Shown here in pieces: positions 1 through 12,631 of a stretch of DNA of 64,000 nt. The notes beneath the pieces are model-generated. The model worked only from the letters and a program-made list of their open reading frames with translations, was not told the DNA's origin and searched no databases. Within the stretch, counting starts at the first letter, position 1. Every line of letters begins with the position of its first letter. The position numbers were made by a program, and so were the translations under genes. The DNA comes from Callorhinchus milii (taxonomy: Eukaryota), in the NCBI RefSeq assembly GCF_018977255.1, contig NW_024704743.1, positions 84,570,001 to 84,634,000 of the forward strand. The letters run 5' to 3'.

Positions 1-69
1 TTTTGAGTAGTGTCATGGGAACTTTAATGTACACCTGAACAGGCAGCCAAGGACTCCATTTAACATCTC

Positions 70-280
70 AAGTGAGGATAGGATCAAACTGGACTGGGTG
101 ACCCTTCTTTGCCCCAAACTCCCTTCCCGCCCTGGTTGAATAACCTACTGTCACAACCTGCCTAGGTTCAGACATGAAGACTGGGCACTTGAGCAAAGTC
201 CTGGAAGACTATGGAAATGAACCTCAACGTGCGACACTGCCTTCAGAAGAGGAAGGATTATGAGAGAAAATTGGGGAAAA
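70..280 (+). mobile_element. Family Y 3' half (preceded at 1-69 by a minus-strand Deu-domain fragment)
   Basis: GTGAGGATAGGATC...AGGTTCAGACATGAAGA...CCTTCAGAAGAGGA...AAAATTGGGGA parallels 44030-44230. Confidence 0.65.
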
Positions 281-867
281 AATAACAAAGTTACTGCAAA
301 TTGAGTGGGTCATTTTCTGCCATTACAATTCTATGGAGATTTTGTTTATAATGGCCAATTAGTGGGCACTCTTAACGCTAAGGTTTGACAGATGTGACAG
401 GTAAATGGTAATAAAGTGTGCGCAAGACTTTGAGTGACAAAGTGACACTGGGCAGAAATTGGCAATGAGAAGTGGCTTTTTCGGATTACGATATGAATGG
501 AGATCAGCTGAAAAGAAATAGGACTTTTGAAAATAGGAACAACAAGCAGGAAGTGGCAGTAACACAAGTGACAAGTGGAATCCAGTGCATTATCCCTGAC
601 TTTGCATTCTCCCATTCAGCACAACTCACAAACAGTCGTTCCACCTATACTCAAAATAAGAACAGATGCCTCCCAGTCACCCACACTGTATAAAGTTGTC
701 TATTTTCAAATGTTGTACAGCCAGTTCTTTTACAATATCACTTCTGCTTGACGGCAACTTAATACTTTATTACTAGTTATTCAAATAGTACAGAGTTAGG
801 AGGGGTGAGAAAAGAGAGGTTAGCTATATTTGCTACAATCATTTGTTGTTATTGAGAAGAGAGAAGG

Positions 868-1072
868 AAATAAAACTTGCATTTTATGGCGCCTGATCAC
901 ATCAAAACCTTTCAAAGCGTTTTACAATAAATACTGTACAATGTAGCGACTATTTTTGTAAGCCAACACGTCAGCCATTTTTGCACACAGACAATCACGA
1001 GGAGCATGACCAATTTTTATCAGGAGGATTGTTGGCCAGGACACCAAGAGAAAATCCCTTCTCTTTTCGCAA
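868..1072 (-). mobile_element. Old DeuSINE-like copy, 3' half
   Basis: ACTTGCATTT...GCGCC...CAAAGCGTTTTACA...CAGCCATTTTTGCACA...TTGGCCAGGACACC is the reverse of the SacSINE1/AmnSINE1-type 3' region. Confidence 0.75.
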
Positions 1073-2269
1073 AGAAAAATATTCACTTCAGTCAAAGCTT
1101 CTCTGACGTCCTGTTCTCCCAGAGAGAGCAAAGAGTTAAAAACATTAGACTGGTAATCAGTTATTGCTGGTGGAGTGTTCAAACAATGGCCCCCATCAGC
1201 CTTTAATCAGAATTAGTATGCGGGGATGGGATCTAGCACTTTGCTGCTGTTAATGGGGCCTGTAAATGAAGACTGAATTGCCTGTCCTCTGAAAGGACAG
1301 TTAAACGGCCTGTTTACCGAGACATTACAGATCCCAGTACATCGATTGCATGTTCAACATAAAAATTAAAGCTTTATTCCCATTAGATAACCAGTTATGC
1401 TTAAAGATCACAGAGCTCCTTTTTTCCCCCCTCATTGTACTGGACAGTCACAGCAGGCAGCATCTTGTACGCAATTGATTTCATGCAGAGTTTTGTCTGA
1501 TAGATGCACCTATCTGGCCGAGATTATGACAAGAAAGCATTCTATAATCCTTTTGCCAATGTATTTATGTTTAACAGACAGTCAACTCTTATCACTGATT
1601 GATAACACTTAACTCAAAACATATTTAAGCATTAGGAATGTCAATATTTCCCCGCCAAGTGAAGGTGACCCTTGATCTCCTGTTTGCTAAGTGTACACGG
1701 TGGTTTGCTGGAAAATTTGTAAGGGTGGTTATGTGGGCAGGCTGTTATGGATTTACTATCTTAGCCTGAAGTGTTTGCTGCTGATTATGTGATTAAATCA
1801 ATAATAATTTCTGTTTGGCTTCTGCGCTTCTTGATTCATGCTCTTTTCTACATGGCAGAACAGAACAATGAGCCCAAGTACTTGTGTGGAAGTACTAGTT
1901 TATGGATAATACTGAATCTCTTGTCAGACAGATCTGAATCTCTGTATTAGGTGCAGTATAAAATGAATATAATTTCTTGCAGCAATGATTTTTTTTCATA
2001 GACCTTTAAATGTGCCACGGAGAAGTGCAGTTAGGTTACAAGAACGGTAGTTATGGTAGAGAAAGTTTCTTCCACTGGGCTTTGCAGGTGGTAAAGTGGC
2101 CACTGCTATAATGATCCTTCCATTTGATGGACTGCTAAACCATACAGAACAGATCAGATCAGGGGCCTAATTCCAGTAGTGTACAGAGTTAGATGATCTC
2201 TAGACAGGCAGCTGTAAGGTCACTGCAAATTATCTTTGTGGCCATTCAAGATTGGTTCAGATGGAAAGG

Positions 2270-2500
2270 AATTTCTTCTCCCAGAATTCAGAGCATGAAA
2301 TGATTTGCCAGAGGAGGCTGTTAGATCAGTCGTTTGGCTGATTTAAAACATTGGAAAATCACATGGAGAGGAAGGATATTGAAGGCTGCAGGTACAGAGC
2401 AGGGAATTGGGATTAGGATGGGTGGCTTCTTGGAGGAACAAACAACGACACGATAAAATAGACAGAAGTGTCTCCCATTGACTTATACTACAGTTCTATG
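2270..2500 (+). mobile_element. Very old CR1 3' end
   Basis: GGAATTTCTTCTCCCAGA...ACAGAGCAGGGAATTGGGATTAG...TTCTATG resembles a CR1 3' UTR. Confidence 0.55.
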
Positions 2501-3854
2501 GCCTGGATTGGTTTCATGGTAAATGGCCAGCTGGGTGATGTACATATATGGTGACCTGTAGCTGTGAAATTATTCTGCAACTTCAGGAGAAAAGGAAGTG
2601 AAAAAAAAGATATAGAAAAACTAAGTCAGTTCCAAGGCTTTAAACTATCACAAGATCACACATCTTGTTGTGAAATGATGGGGTGTAACGTGTGGTATTT
2701 CTTAATGGGATTCCTTATTAAGATTCCGGGTTGGGGAGGTGGGGGGAGCATAGAGACTGCAATCACAAAGAGCGAGAGACAACTATTAGACCAAAATCAA
2801 AGCATCATGCTTGGTCCCATGCGCCTGGAGCAGCTGGAATGTTCCACAGCTATCACTATCAAGTCTGTGACTTCAGCTGAACAGAATGTGTATTTGATGA
2901 CTCGCTCCAGGCCGAATACTGAAACCATGGAATGGGAAATGCAGCATGCGATAATATCATCAATGATAATTATCACATCAACCAAAAGTACAGGCAAAAC
3001 CACTCAATTGGTTCCACTGGCTTGGGGTGAGGGAGGTACGAGGGTAAAGCCAATTGATTGCTTTTGACTGCACTTTTGCATAATATCATCAGTGGAATCA
3101 CAGGTGATGATATCAGATGCTATATTTGTTTTTCTCCTTATCTAGAACGAGATGAACAAAACAAATCTGTTTATTAAAGTCAGTCAATTCTAACAGCAGT
3201 AAAATACACCCATTGTAGACCACACTGCAGAAGCATTAATGAGAACCAATCTAGTCTGTCTCTCTGGCTCAAAATACAGAGGTGGGGGATTCTCGGCTTA
3301 TCTGTAAAGTGTTGTGTTCCCGTGATATTATAGTTGGATTTTCCCTTTACTGTATAAGCTTACCTGCCAAGGTCGGTAAATTGACTTTCACATGGACATG
3401 ATTGCTGGTTGTTCAACAATAGAATAGGCTAAGCAGTTGTAATATAATATTTTTAGGAACGTGTGCTCCGCAAGTGCCGCAGTGATTTGAGACCTGATCT
3501 TGCACTCTCAACCGATCAGTTATGATATCGTGATTATACATCAAGGCAAACATTATCTGTGATTTCACATCAGCGAGCTTATCAATAGCACAGTACATTC
3601 GATCAGGAAGGTTAGTGGTGTATCTCTCTTCCCATTTTCTGGTTTACAAGCAAGAATGCTAAGCTTTGGAAGATAGTAATAAATATTTATAATCCTTACA
3701 TTTGATGTAGCGCAAATCATCTCAAAACTCTTCATAGAATTTTTTCTGTTTACTGTATTTCTAGCAAATGCAGTAGTCAATTGGCAAACAACCACAAACA
3801 ATCATGCCCACAAACACCTATGAAGCAATTGATCAATTTATTTTTATCTGGCAG

Positions 3855-4086
3855 ATTGTTGAACAGGAGTAAGACACTTCTCTTTTCAAATAGTCCCATG
3901 GGGTCATTGACATCCACTTGAAGATTTCATCCAGAGAACGGTAAATCTGACAATGCAGCACCCACCCCTCCAGGTACTACACATACTGCACTGGACTATC
4001 AGTCTAGACTCTAGAGTATGAGTTCCAACATGGATCTTAAACCCACAACCATCTGACTTAGGGCGAGAGTGCTATCAACTGAATCA
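3855..4086 (-). mobile_element. Old DeuSINE-like copy, tRNA head + Deu domain
   Basis: CTCTTTTCAAATAGTCCCATGGG...CATCCAC...CTGACAATGCAGCAC...AACCCACAACCATCTGACT...GAGAGTGCTATCAACTGA; matches the 40613 and 43335 copies. Confidence 0.78.
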
Positions 4087-5278
4087 GGATATGAAATTAT
4101 TCACAAAGGTCAAAAGTGCTTGAACTGAAAAGCAAATTACACTTTGTAATTCCCTCAATCTTAATTAAATCTACACAAAATTATTATTAGTGAAAGAGAA
4201 CAAATCTAAAACACATAGCTTATTATTATGTTGGAATACTTAACAAGTATAACAACATAATAATAATAATCCTTGTTTTTGATATGATACATTATCATAT
4301 TGTTGTGAAGTCTTAAAGCGCTATCACAAGAATTATTGCAAAGTGTACCGACTGTGTATATTTTGTAGGCGAACATCCGGTAAGGAGATGCATCTCTGCT
4401 ATTTTTGTCGAGCATATTATTTGCATTGACAGTTCCTTGACAGAAGACTTCTCCTTGCCTTGAGAAAGTCTTGCAGAATGAAAGCAAGGGAACCCTGCTG
4501 ATCTTTGCTCACTACTTTCAAAATGTAATGTCACATTCTGACGTCTTCACAGACATTAGTATTACAGTGATTCTTATCTACACTACATTCAGGCTGGTTT
4601 GTTGCAGCATTACACTCCTACAATATGTACAGGGTAGACTATTCCCTTTGACAACCAGTGAAATAATCCCTATCCCAGTGCAGTTCAAATCCTGGAGTAA
4701 GTACCTCAGCACTTCAGTTCAAATGACTGGATTCAGTCACAGGAGGCTGAAATCCATCACTCTCCACCATGACATCCAACCTCAGTAAAAGAAAAGATTG
4801 TAGTAAAGTGAATAAAATTACCACTCTGCACCCCAACAGGATGGGGATGAAGAAGCACATTTACATGAAAATTGCAACGTAAATGAGAAACGTACAGTGC
4901 ATCTTGCACAGAGAACTCCATGCACATCACGTCCACTTATTATAACTCTACTCCAAGCTGAGTTCACCTCAGAGCAGAGCTTTACATTCTTTACATTTGT
5001 ATCTCTCAAACCATTTACACCTCAGTTTTCCACCAAGAGCTTTATCAATTCCTAATGAAATGTGCTTGAGGGATTCAATACATGTTAGGTTCAGATCAAG
5101 CCTCCAGTTTGAGGCTTGTTCTCAGTCCTTATGATGTCTGAATCTTTCAATGAATCTTTCTTCGCAATAAGTTCACATCTATGTATTTCTTGATCAGGCC
5201 CCCGGAGTGAAGAACATTGCAAAAAAAAACACATATTTTTCCTGCTCTATGTTAAAATGGGTGTTACCAGAAAAGTTG

Positions 5279-7005
5279 ACAACAACAACAACAACAACAA
5301 CAAGATTCCATTTATAGAGCGCCCTTCACGTCAGGAGGACGTCCCAAGGCGCTGCACAGTTGGGTCATGACCCGAGCAGGGGGGAAATGGTCAGGGTGAG
5401 GGGAGGGAAGGGAGGGAGAGAGGAGGGGGGAAATGGTCAGGGTGAGGGGAGGGAAGGGAGGGAGCGAGGAGGAGGAAGAGAGTCGAGAGGGGAGCTGAAG
5501 GCACGGTCAAAGAGAAAGGTTTTGAGACCGGCCTTGAAGGAGGAAAGGGAGGAAGCAAGGCGAAGGCACTGGGGGATGGAGTTCCAGAGCCTCGGGGCTG
5601 AGAGGCTGAAGGCCCGACCACCGATAGTAGGGCGGTTGGGGCGGGGGACGTGGAGCAGACCGGAGCCAGAGGAACGGAGGGTACGGGCAGGTAGGTAGGG
5701 GGATAGTAGGTTGGAGAGGTAGGAGGGAGCAAGGCCGTGAATGGCCTTGTAGGTGAGGATGAGGATCTTGAAATCAATCCTCTGGGGGATGGGGAGCCAG
5801 TGGAGGCGAGCGAGGGTGGGAGTGATGTGGTCCCGAAGCCTGGTGCGGGACAGTACACGAGCTGCAGAGTTCTGAATGACCTGCAGCTTGTGGAGGGAGG
5901 TGGCGGGAAGGCCGGCGAGGAGAGAGTTCCCATAGTCCAGCCTTGAGGTGACAAAGGCGTGAACCAGGGTTTCAGCAGCGTGAGGGGTGAGGTAGTGCCG
6001 TAATCTGGCGATATTCCGGAGGTGATGGAAGGCGGTGCCAGTTGTGGTGCGGATGTGAGGGAGAAAGGACAGCTCAGGGTCGAACAAAACGCCGAGGTTC
6101 CTGACTGGCTTTGAGAGGTGGAGAGTGCAGCCTTGGATGCTGATGGTGTCAGCGCCTGAGGTGCGGAGGCGCTGACGTGAGCCAATCAGGAGGGCCTCGG
6201 TTTTTCGCACGTTGAGCTGAAGAAAGTTGTCTCTCGTCCAGGACTCGATGTCGGACAGGCAGGCTGTCAGGACATCGGTGGTCGTGGAGTTGAGAGTAGA
6301 GGAGGAAAGGTAGAGTTGGGTGTCATCCGCATACATGTGGAAGTTAACCCCATGTTTGCGGATGATGTCACCGAGGGGGAGCATATAGAGGGTGAAGAGG
6401 AGGGGACCGAGGACAGAGCCCTGAGGGACACCACATGAGACAGTACGGGGGGTGGAGGAGAAGCCATTCGTTGAGACGAAGTGAAGACGGTGGGAAAGGT
6501 AAGAGCTAAACCATTCAAGGACAGTGCCTTGAAGGTTGAGGTGGGAGGACAAGCGGTGGAGTAGGATAGCGTGGTCGACCGTATCGAATGCTGCCGATAG
6601 GTCGAGGAGGACGAGGAGACAGAGGGAGCCCTGGTCACAGATAGTCAGGATATCATTGGTGACCTTGACCAGGGCAGTTTCTGTGCTATGAGCAGCACGG
6701 AAACCTGACTGAAGGGGTTCAAAAAGAGAATGGGTGGAGAGGAAAGAGCGCAGTTGGGAGGCGACAACTCTTTCCAAGACCTTGGAGAGAAAGGGGAGGT
6801 TGGAGATGGGCCGGTAGCTTGATAGCTGCGACGCATCAAGGGAGGGTTTTTTCAGGGTGGGCGTGATGATGGCAGTTTTTAATGGAATGGGGACAGAGCC
6901 AGAGGAGAGGGACAGGTTTATGATGTCAGTAATGTGTGGGGCAAGAAAATGGAGCTGGGAGATAAGGAGTGGAGTGGGGATGGGGTCAAGGGAGCAGGTG
7001 GTTGG
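5279..7005 (-). mobile_element. L2-clade (CR1 group) non-LTR retrotransposon, 5'-truncated, young copy
   Basis: RT motifs [46 protein letters not shown], then [14 protein letters not shown]. The 3' UTR ends GACGTGAAGGGCGCTCTATAAATGGAATC followed by a (TTG)n tail (seen as (AAC)n at 5281-5303). C-rich sense strand, typical of L2. Confidence 0.95.
5437..7005 (-). CDS. L2 ORF2 reverse transcriptase + C-terminal region (5'-truncated, no start codon, no endonuclease domain)
   Basis: Track ORF 5437..6777 extends upstream in the same frame without a stop for 76 codons ([14 protein letters not shown]...[13 protein letters not shown]) to 7005. It belongs to the transposon and is not a host gene. Confidence 0.85.
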   Translation of the reverse strand, partial: PTTCSLDPIPTPLLISQLHFLAPHITDIINLSLSSGSVPIPLKTAIITPTLKKPSLDASQLSSYRPISNLPFLSKVLERVVASQLRSFLSTHSLFEPLQSGFRAAHSTETALVKVTNDILTICDQGSLCLLVLLDLSAAFDTVDHAILLHRLSSHLNLQGTVLEWFSSYLSHRLHFVSTNGFSSTPRTVSCGVPQGSVLGPLLFTLYMLPLGDIIRKHGVNFHMYADDTQLYLSSSTLNSTTTDVLTACLSDIESWTRDNFLQLNVRKTEALLIGSRQRLRTSGADTISIQGCTLHLSKPVRNLGVLFDPELSFLPHIRTTTGTAFHHLRNIARLRHYLTPHAAETLVHAFVTSRLDYGNSLLAGLPATSLHKLQVIQNSAARVLSRTRLRDHITPTLARLHWLPIPQRIDFKILILTYKAIHGLAPSYLSNLLSPYLPARTLRSSGSGLLHVPRPNRPTIGGRAFSLSAPRLWNSIPQCLRLASSLSSFKAGLKTFLFDRAFSSPLDSLPPPRSLPSLPSP

Positions 7006-7129
7006 AAGAAGATTTGAAAAACCTTTTTTAAGCAGAAGATTGTTAGTTTGTTAGACCTGCTCAGTTGATAGGACTAATACGTTTTAGCCAGTCTGTTGTT
7101 TCCCTCGTCAGGACTATGAACTCATCTAA

Positions 7130-7246
7130 TCTAGGCTGAAATTTTGATGCTTGGGGTATACTGCATGGTTGAGGATGCCGTCTTTCTGATGAGATGTTAA
7201 ACCAAGGTCTGGTATGTTTGCTCAGATGGACATTAAATATCCCATT
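7130..7246 (+). mobile_element. DeuSINE Deu-domain fragment
   Basis: GATGCCGTCTTTCTGATGAGATGTTAAACCAAGG...CTCAGATGGACATTAAATATCCCAT. Confidence 0.72.
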
Positions 7247-7349
7247 GTTTGCCGAGAAACTGCACGATCATGATACGCTAAAATAAATCTGGACGCACTT
7301 TGAACAACAATGGATTACATTTATAATCGGAAGGACGTGAAGATGAACA

Positions 7350-8230
7350 TCATCCACTGGGGGTTGGTGAGCCAATGGAGTCTAGGGAGAATGGGGAAGG
7401 ATCATAGAGCCTATCACAACACAAGAAGGACACAAGCTGCAGAGCTTAGTATAGTCTGCTGGAAAGCTTGTGAATAGAAGTGGGTAGTCCTGTAGTCAAT
7501 TGACTGTATATTTCACCCACAAATATATGGTCAATTCACTTTACAATCTATTCTATGAAGCGCTTTGAGACATCGAGAAGACGTGAAAAGCGCTATATCA
7601 AATGCAAGGATTATATTTACTTATAGTCTGGTGACAAGAGGTTTGGCGTAATCTAGCCTGAACATAATACAAGTATGATTTAGGGTCTTGGCAGCCCGAG
7701 GGGTGATGTAGTGGTGAAGTTGGTGAATGTTATGTAGTGGGGAAAGGCAGATCAGAGAATGAATGTGAAGTTTCAAGTGTCTTGAGACATCCTCCCGACG
7801 TGAAAGGCACTATACAAATATAATTTTGTTGTTACTCTTGTAAAGGACAGTTGAGAGTTGAATAAGACATCAAAGTTTCACACAGGCTACGCAATTTGGA
7901 GTGCGCATCCAAGTAGTTTGATGTTATCAGCACTTGTGGTGGTGCTGATGGGAGCCAAGCAGGAGAGCCTCCGTCTTGCCCACGTTTAACTGAAGAAAGT
8001 TGGCTCTCATCCAGGACTGGATATCCAACAGGCAGTCCGTTAGAACAGCAGTGGTCCTGGAATCAAGGGTGGAGGCAGAGATAGTCTCATCTACAAACAT
8101 GCGGAAGTTAACCCCATGTCTGCGGATGACTTCGCTGAGTGGGAGTATCTAGATATTAAAAAGGAGAGGACTGAGGATAGAGTACTGAGGAACATTGCAC
8201 ATGGCAATGCAGGGGAGGGAGGAGAACCTA
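7350..8230 (-). mobile_element. Degraded L2 RT fragment interrupted by two short SINE/L2 3' tails (about 7495-7620 and 7775-7835, + strand)
   Basis: Nucleotide similarity to the 5279-7005 copy (e.g. GAAGTTAACCCCATGT, CTGAAGAAAGTTG, AGCCAATGGAG), with many stops and indels. Confidence 0.75.
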
Positions 8231-8939
8231 TTAACCTGAATCATTGACAAAATAGCTACAAAGTTCCCCATATAATTTTCAACATTTCATGAGTTCAGCA
8301 TTTTAATCATTAATATGGTTAAAAGCAATGTTAGTGATGTCGCCAGACAGCTCTGTGAACTGCCCTGAAAATTTATGTGTTTTTGAAATTTAATGCACTT
8401 GTTTTATTTCTCATAATATTTGCTTAACAATTTGTTTAGCTAGATGAGTCACCTGAGCGAGTCAAGTTCAGTGAACTGAATAGGTGCATTGTTTTGTTAA
8501 AACTCCTGTGTTTAATACAGGCTTTGTACAGAATAATGGAAGACATTCATAATCCACTTGTATTTTTCCTTTTAAACTTTTCTCAAATTTGTAAAGTGTC
8601 AGCTTTGTGTTTTTGCCTGTGTTATTTTCTTCGGTGTTCTTGATTCTAACATTTGAATCTTGTGAAATCTAAACTATTTGCTGTGAAAACCCCAAACATC
8701 TGTTTTGTTCCACCCACCAATTAAGATCCCACCCATCCCATGGATCATTCTCTGCTTAGTTGGAAGGCATGTGACTGACTCCTGGGTCTGCTTCTGAGTT
8801 TCTCCATGATCAGCTGCCTGGAGTCTGTGAAAGCAGCCAAGATTGACTTGGTTCTGATTTTTTTCTCATTTTCCCTCATTCTTAGCTGAGTCCAAGAACT
8901 CATCGGGTGGCAAAGGTAGGTGTGGATCCCTGTCCTACT

Positions 8940-9210
8940 GCAACAACATCAACTTGCATTGCAACACTGCATTTCATGCCAAGGAACATCTCAAAGAGTT
9001 TGATAAATATAGTGGTGAACACCATGCTGGAAAATAAGAGATGTTACGATGTCATCTAGAGACATGGTCAAAGCTATTTTTTTGTAGAAGGTATTTCAAA
9101 GCAGGAAGAGTCATACCAAAGTGAATTGGTTTTGAAAGAGAGTTCCTGAGGTCAGGGGCACAGAGGCTGAAGGCTCAGTCACCAATGTGCAGTGAAAAGA
9201 ATGAAGAGCA
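8940..9210 (-). mobile_element. Old L2 3' end
   Basis: CAACAACATCAACTTGCATT tail, then GAGTTCCTGAGG...AGAGGCTGAAGGCTC matching the 3' region of the young L2. Confidence 0.7.
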
Positions 9211-10279
9211 AGCAATAGGTTTTTTTAAATCAGTTTTGATTCTCCTTGGACAACATTCATAGTCCATAGAGTCGTACAAAAAAAGTTGAAAAGTGTAGCA
9301 GAGATTTTAGCTAAAAGTGGTTAGGTAGCACCAGGCTTGGACTTTAAAAGACTACAAATCGTGTGAGGAAGGGAAAACTGAGGGAGGCAAACAATAATAA
9401 TAATCCTTGCATTTGATCCAGTGCCTTTCAAATAGGGAGGAAGTCTTAAGCATTTCCTAGAATTTACTGTAAAGTATGTGTATTTTGCAGGCAAAAAGTA
9501 GGAGACAATGGATAATTAATGACTGGAATAGTTTACCAGGAAGGGTGTTTGAGCCCAGGATTTGGACTCATTTAAAAGACAGCTTGATGCTGTAATGGGA
9601 GGATGGCACTGTGAATTCTTGTTTACCCAGACCTCTCCTGCGATCGTATGAGGAGACAATGCAAAGAGTTATTGAACACTGATTTATGTGACACTGATCA
9701 AGGAAACTTGCCCAAGATTTACAGAAGAAATGGAGTCTATGGGAAGACATATTTCAAGCTTGCTGGGAACAAAAGAGGAACTTAGTGTGGGGGAAACAGA
9801 GGAATAATAACAACATAAATGAATACATTTCAATATTTATCAAAAATACTTTCAATATTTCTGAACATTTGCTGGCAAAAGGCTGGGCAATATTGTAATA
9901 GGTTTGAGGGCTACAAATCAATATTGTAATTTTGGCACCAATAAATAAATATCAATAAATACTATCAAAAAAATCAATCCAGAAATTCTCTCTGAATACA
10001 CACACAGCTACGCTTTATTGATAATTTTTAATGGACTAGCAAATCGATATTATTAAGAAAATGAAAGTGAAGAACATAGGAACCATAGGAATTTACAAGT
10101 CTAGATGCATTGCAGGCCACCTGGCAAGTCGCAAACTGAAAAATGTGTCAGTTGTAAAATGTAATAAATAATTCTCGCACTCCTCAATTGAATTATTCAC
10201 CAAAGGTGTCTAATCGTCTGTTAAATTTGCTGACACAATCTGGTCTCATTGGTTTATGTCAAATGTTATAAGGTTTTCA

Positions 10280-11021
10280 CCTCCACATATATGTAAATGA
10301 CACCCAAATTCCACTTTTCTTGATTCCAGGTCCACTGATGTTCTGTCCACTTGATTGCCAGACCGCAAAACCTAGACAAGCCTCAATTTCTTGCAACTCA
10401 ATATGGACAAGACAGAAGCCATCCTCCTTGGCTCACACCAATATCTTCTCCTGGTTCTGACTTCATTAACATCTCCGGCCTGCCTTGCAAACTGACCAAA
10501 CCAGTGTACACCTTCCCTCCTCACATTCTCAGTGGAGAATTCTTAGTGGAGTCCTGTAGCTCAGTGGTTAGAGCACTCGCTTTGCAAGCGAGAGACCTGA
10601 GTTCAATTCCAGGCAGGGCGAAACCTTGGGCAAGTTTCCTTACTCCACATGCCTAATAATAATCCCTCCAAAACTAAATACAATAATAAATGGTCATTTT
10701 CAATCTACGACTGTTTGTGGGTCATTGCTGTGCGCAATTGGCTGCTGCGTTCGCCCTCAAATATACAGTCAATTCACTTTACAGTATATTCTGTGAAGCG
10801 CTTTGGGACGTCCTCCCGACGTGAAAAGCGCTATATCAAAATGCAAGGATTATTATTATTATTTTATTATTATTAATCATTGATCAAGATTCCTTTACTT
10901 CATCTTTGCCACTTTGCCCACATCCCCATCTAATACTAAATGGCACCAAACCCTCATTCTCAAAGGCATTATTCCCCGCTTTCCCTAGTTCCATCATCTC
11001 TTCAACCATGCCTTTGGTCAC
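10280..11021 (+). mobile_element. Old L2 fragment (host of nested insertions; its 3' tail resumes at about 12562-12692)
   Basis: Degenerate HIY.NDTQ and NFLQLNMDKTEAILLGS coding remnants at 10285-10440; 3' remnant CTCTTCAACCATGCCTTTGGTCAC at about 11000; TGCAGGTTGTTGTTG tail near 12680. Confidence 0.65.
10546..10874 (+). mobile_element. tRNA-Ala-derived SINE, short variant
   Basis: A-box TAGCTCAGTGG, B-box GTTCAATTCC, anticodon arm CTCGC-TTTGCAA-GCGAG, L2-like 3' end AAGCGCTTTGGGACGTCC...GCGCTATATCAAAATGCAAGG and (ATT)n tail; four other full copies in the window. Confidence 0.92.
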
Positions 11022-12561
11022 TTTGAGTAAACTAGATAAGGGTGAATCAGTGGATGTGGTCTGTTTGGACTTACAGAAGGCATTCGATAAGGTGCTGCAT
11101 AAAAGGTTAGTCCAAAAGATAGGGGCCCATGGAATTGGAGGGAGCATATTAACGTGGATTGGGGAATGGTTAACGTGTAGGAAAGCAAAGAATAGAGATA
11201 AACAGGTTCTTTTCAGATTGGCGGGATGTGACTAGTGGAGTGCCACAAGGATCAGTCCTACATCAACGATCTAGATGAGGACATTGAAGTTAATATATTT
11301 AAATTCGCAGATGACACAAAACTAGGAGGAAGTGTCAACACAGAGGATGATATTAAAAAAATGCAGCGCGACATAGATAGGTTAGGTGATTGGGCAGGTA
11401 GGTGGCAGATGAAGTATAATGTAGGGAAGTGCGAAGTCATCCACCTAGGTAGCAAAAACAGTAAAGCGGGTTATTTTTTAGAAGGGGAGAGATTGGAATG
11501 TGTTCGTGTCCAGAGGGACGTGGGTGTCCCTGTACACCAATCACAGAAAGTTAGTCTGCAGGTGCAGCAGCAATTAGGAAGGCGAAGGGTATGTTAGCAT
11601 TCATTATGAAAGGATTAGAGTATAAGTGGAGTCCTGTAGCTCAGTGGTTAGAGCACTCGCTTTGCAAGTGAGAGACCTGTGTTCAATTCCAGGCAGGGCG
11701 AAACCTTGGGCAAGTTTCCTTACTCCACACGCCTTATAATAATCTCTCCAAAAAAACAAAAACAATGATAAATTGGTCATTTTCAATCCACGACTGTCTG
11801 TGGGACATTGCTGTGCACAATTGGCTGCCACATTCGCCCACAAATATACAGTCAATTCACTTTACAGTATATTCTGTGAAGTGCTTTGGGACGTCTAGAA
11901 GACGTGAAAAGCACTATATCAAATGCAAGGATTATTATTATTATAAAAGTAGGGAAGTCTTGCTGCAACTGTATAGGGCGCTGGTGAGACCGCACCTGGA
12001 ATACTGTGTGCAGTTTTGGTTTCCTTATTTAAAGAAGGATGTACTTGCCTTGGAGGGGGTGCAAGCGTAGATTTACTAGGTTAGTACCAGGGATGAAGGG
12101 GATGAGTTACGAGGATAGGCTGACCAATTTGGGCCTATATTCTCTAGAATATAGAAGAATTAGAGGGGATCTTATAGAAACCTATAGGATCATCAAAGGG
12201 CATGATATAGTAGATAGTGGGAGATTGTTTCCCCTGGTTGGAGAAACTAAACCAGGGGTCACAACCTTAAAATCAGAGGCCAGCCCTTTCGTGCTGAGTT
12301 GAGGAAGAACTTCTTCACTTAAAGGGTGGTGAATGTATGGAACTCACTACCCCAAAGGGCTATTGACGCTCAGTCCTTGAACATATTCAAGACTGAGATA
12401 GATATATTTCTTATTGCAAAAGGGATTAAGGGATATGGGGATAAGGCAGGGTTATAGTATTATCTGGAGTTAGATTAGAAGATCAGCCATGATTGAATGG
12501 CGGGGCAGGCTCGAAGGGCCGAATGGCCTACTCCTGCTCCTACATGTTATGTTATTTTATG
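11022..12561 (+). mobile_element. CR1 LINE, 5'-truncated and frameshifted, interrupted by a SINE
   Basis: [81 protein letters not shown]1 3' end GGCTCGAAGGGCCGAATGGCCTACTCCTGCTCCTA plus ATGTT-like tail. Confidence 0.95.
11626..11941 (+). mobile_element. tRNA-Ala-derived SINE, short variant, inserted in CR1
   Basis: Closely similar to 10546-10874; flanked by TATAA on both sides; the CR1 frame ([14 protein letters not shown]) rejoins when the SINE is removed. Confidence 0.93.
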
Positions 12562-12600
12562 TCACCTTCATCCTCCATCCCCTCCTCCCTTGCTCAGCAT

Positions 12601-12603
<3 letters not shown>

Positions 12604-12631
<28 letters not shown>
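12604..12631. repeat. Poly-C homopolymer (28 nt)
   Basis: Directly visible; lies within an L2 3' UTR remnant. Confidence 0.95.

Noticed and set aside
2564..3067. 167-aa ORF
   Set aside because: GTG start, no recognisable motif, crosses a G-run and an old palindromic repeat; consistent with chance.
5360..6185. Long ORFs 5391..6185 (-), 5360..5698 (+), and similar Pro/Ser- or Gly/Arg-rich ORFs at 16-20.7 kb and 36.3-36.7 kb
   Set aside because: Alternative or antisense frames of C-rich L2 sequence; no independent coding evidence.
10550..10620. tRNA-Ala(TGC)-like cloverleaf (also at 11630, 31510, 38916, 44945)
   Set aside because: Each runs directly into a SINE body and L2-type tail, with copy-specific stem mismatches and no T-run terminator; these are SINE heads, not tRNA genes.
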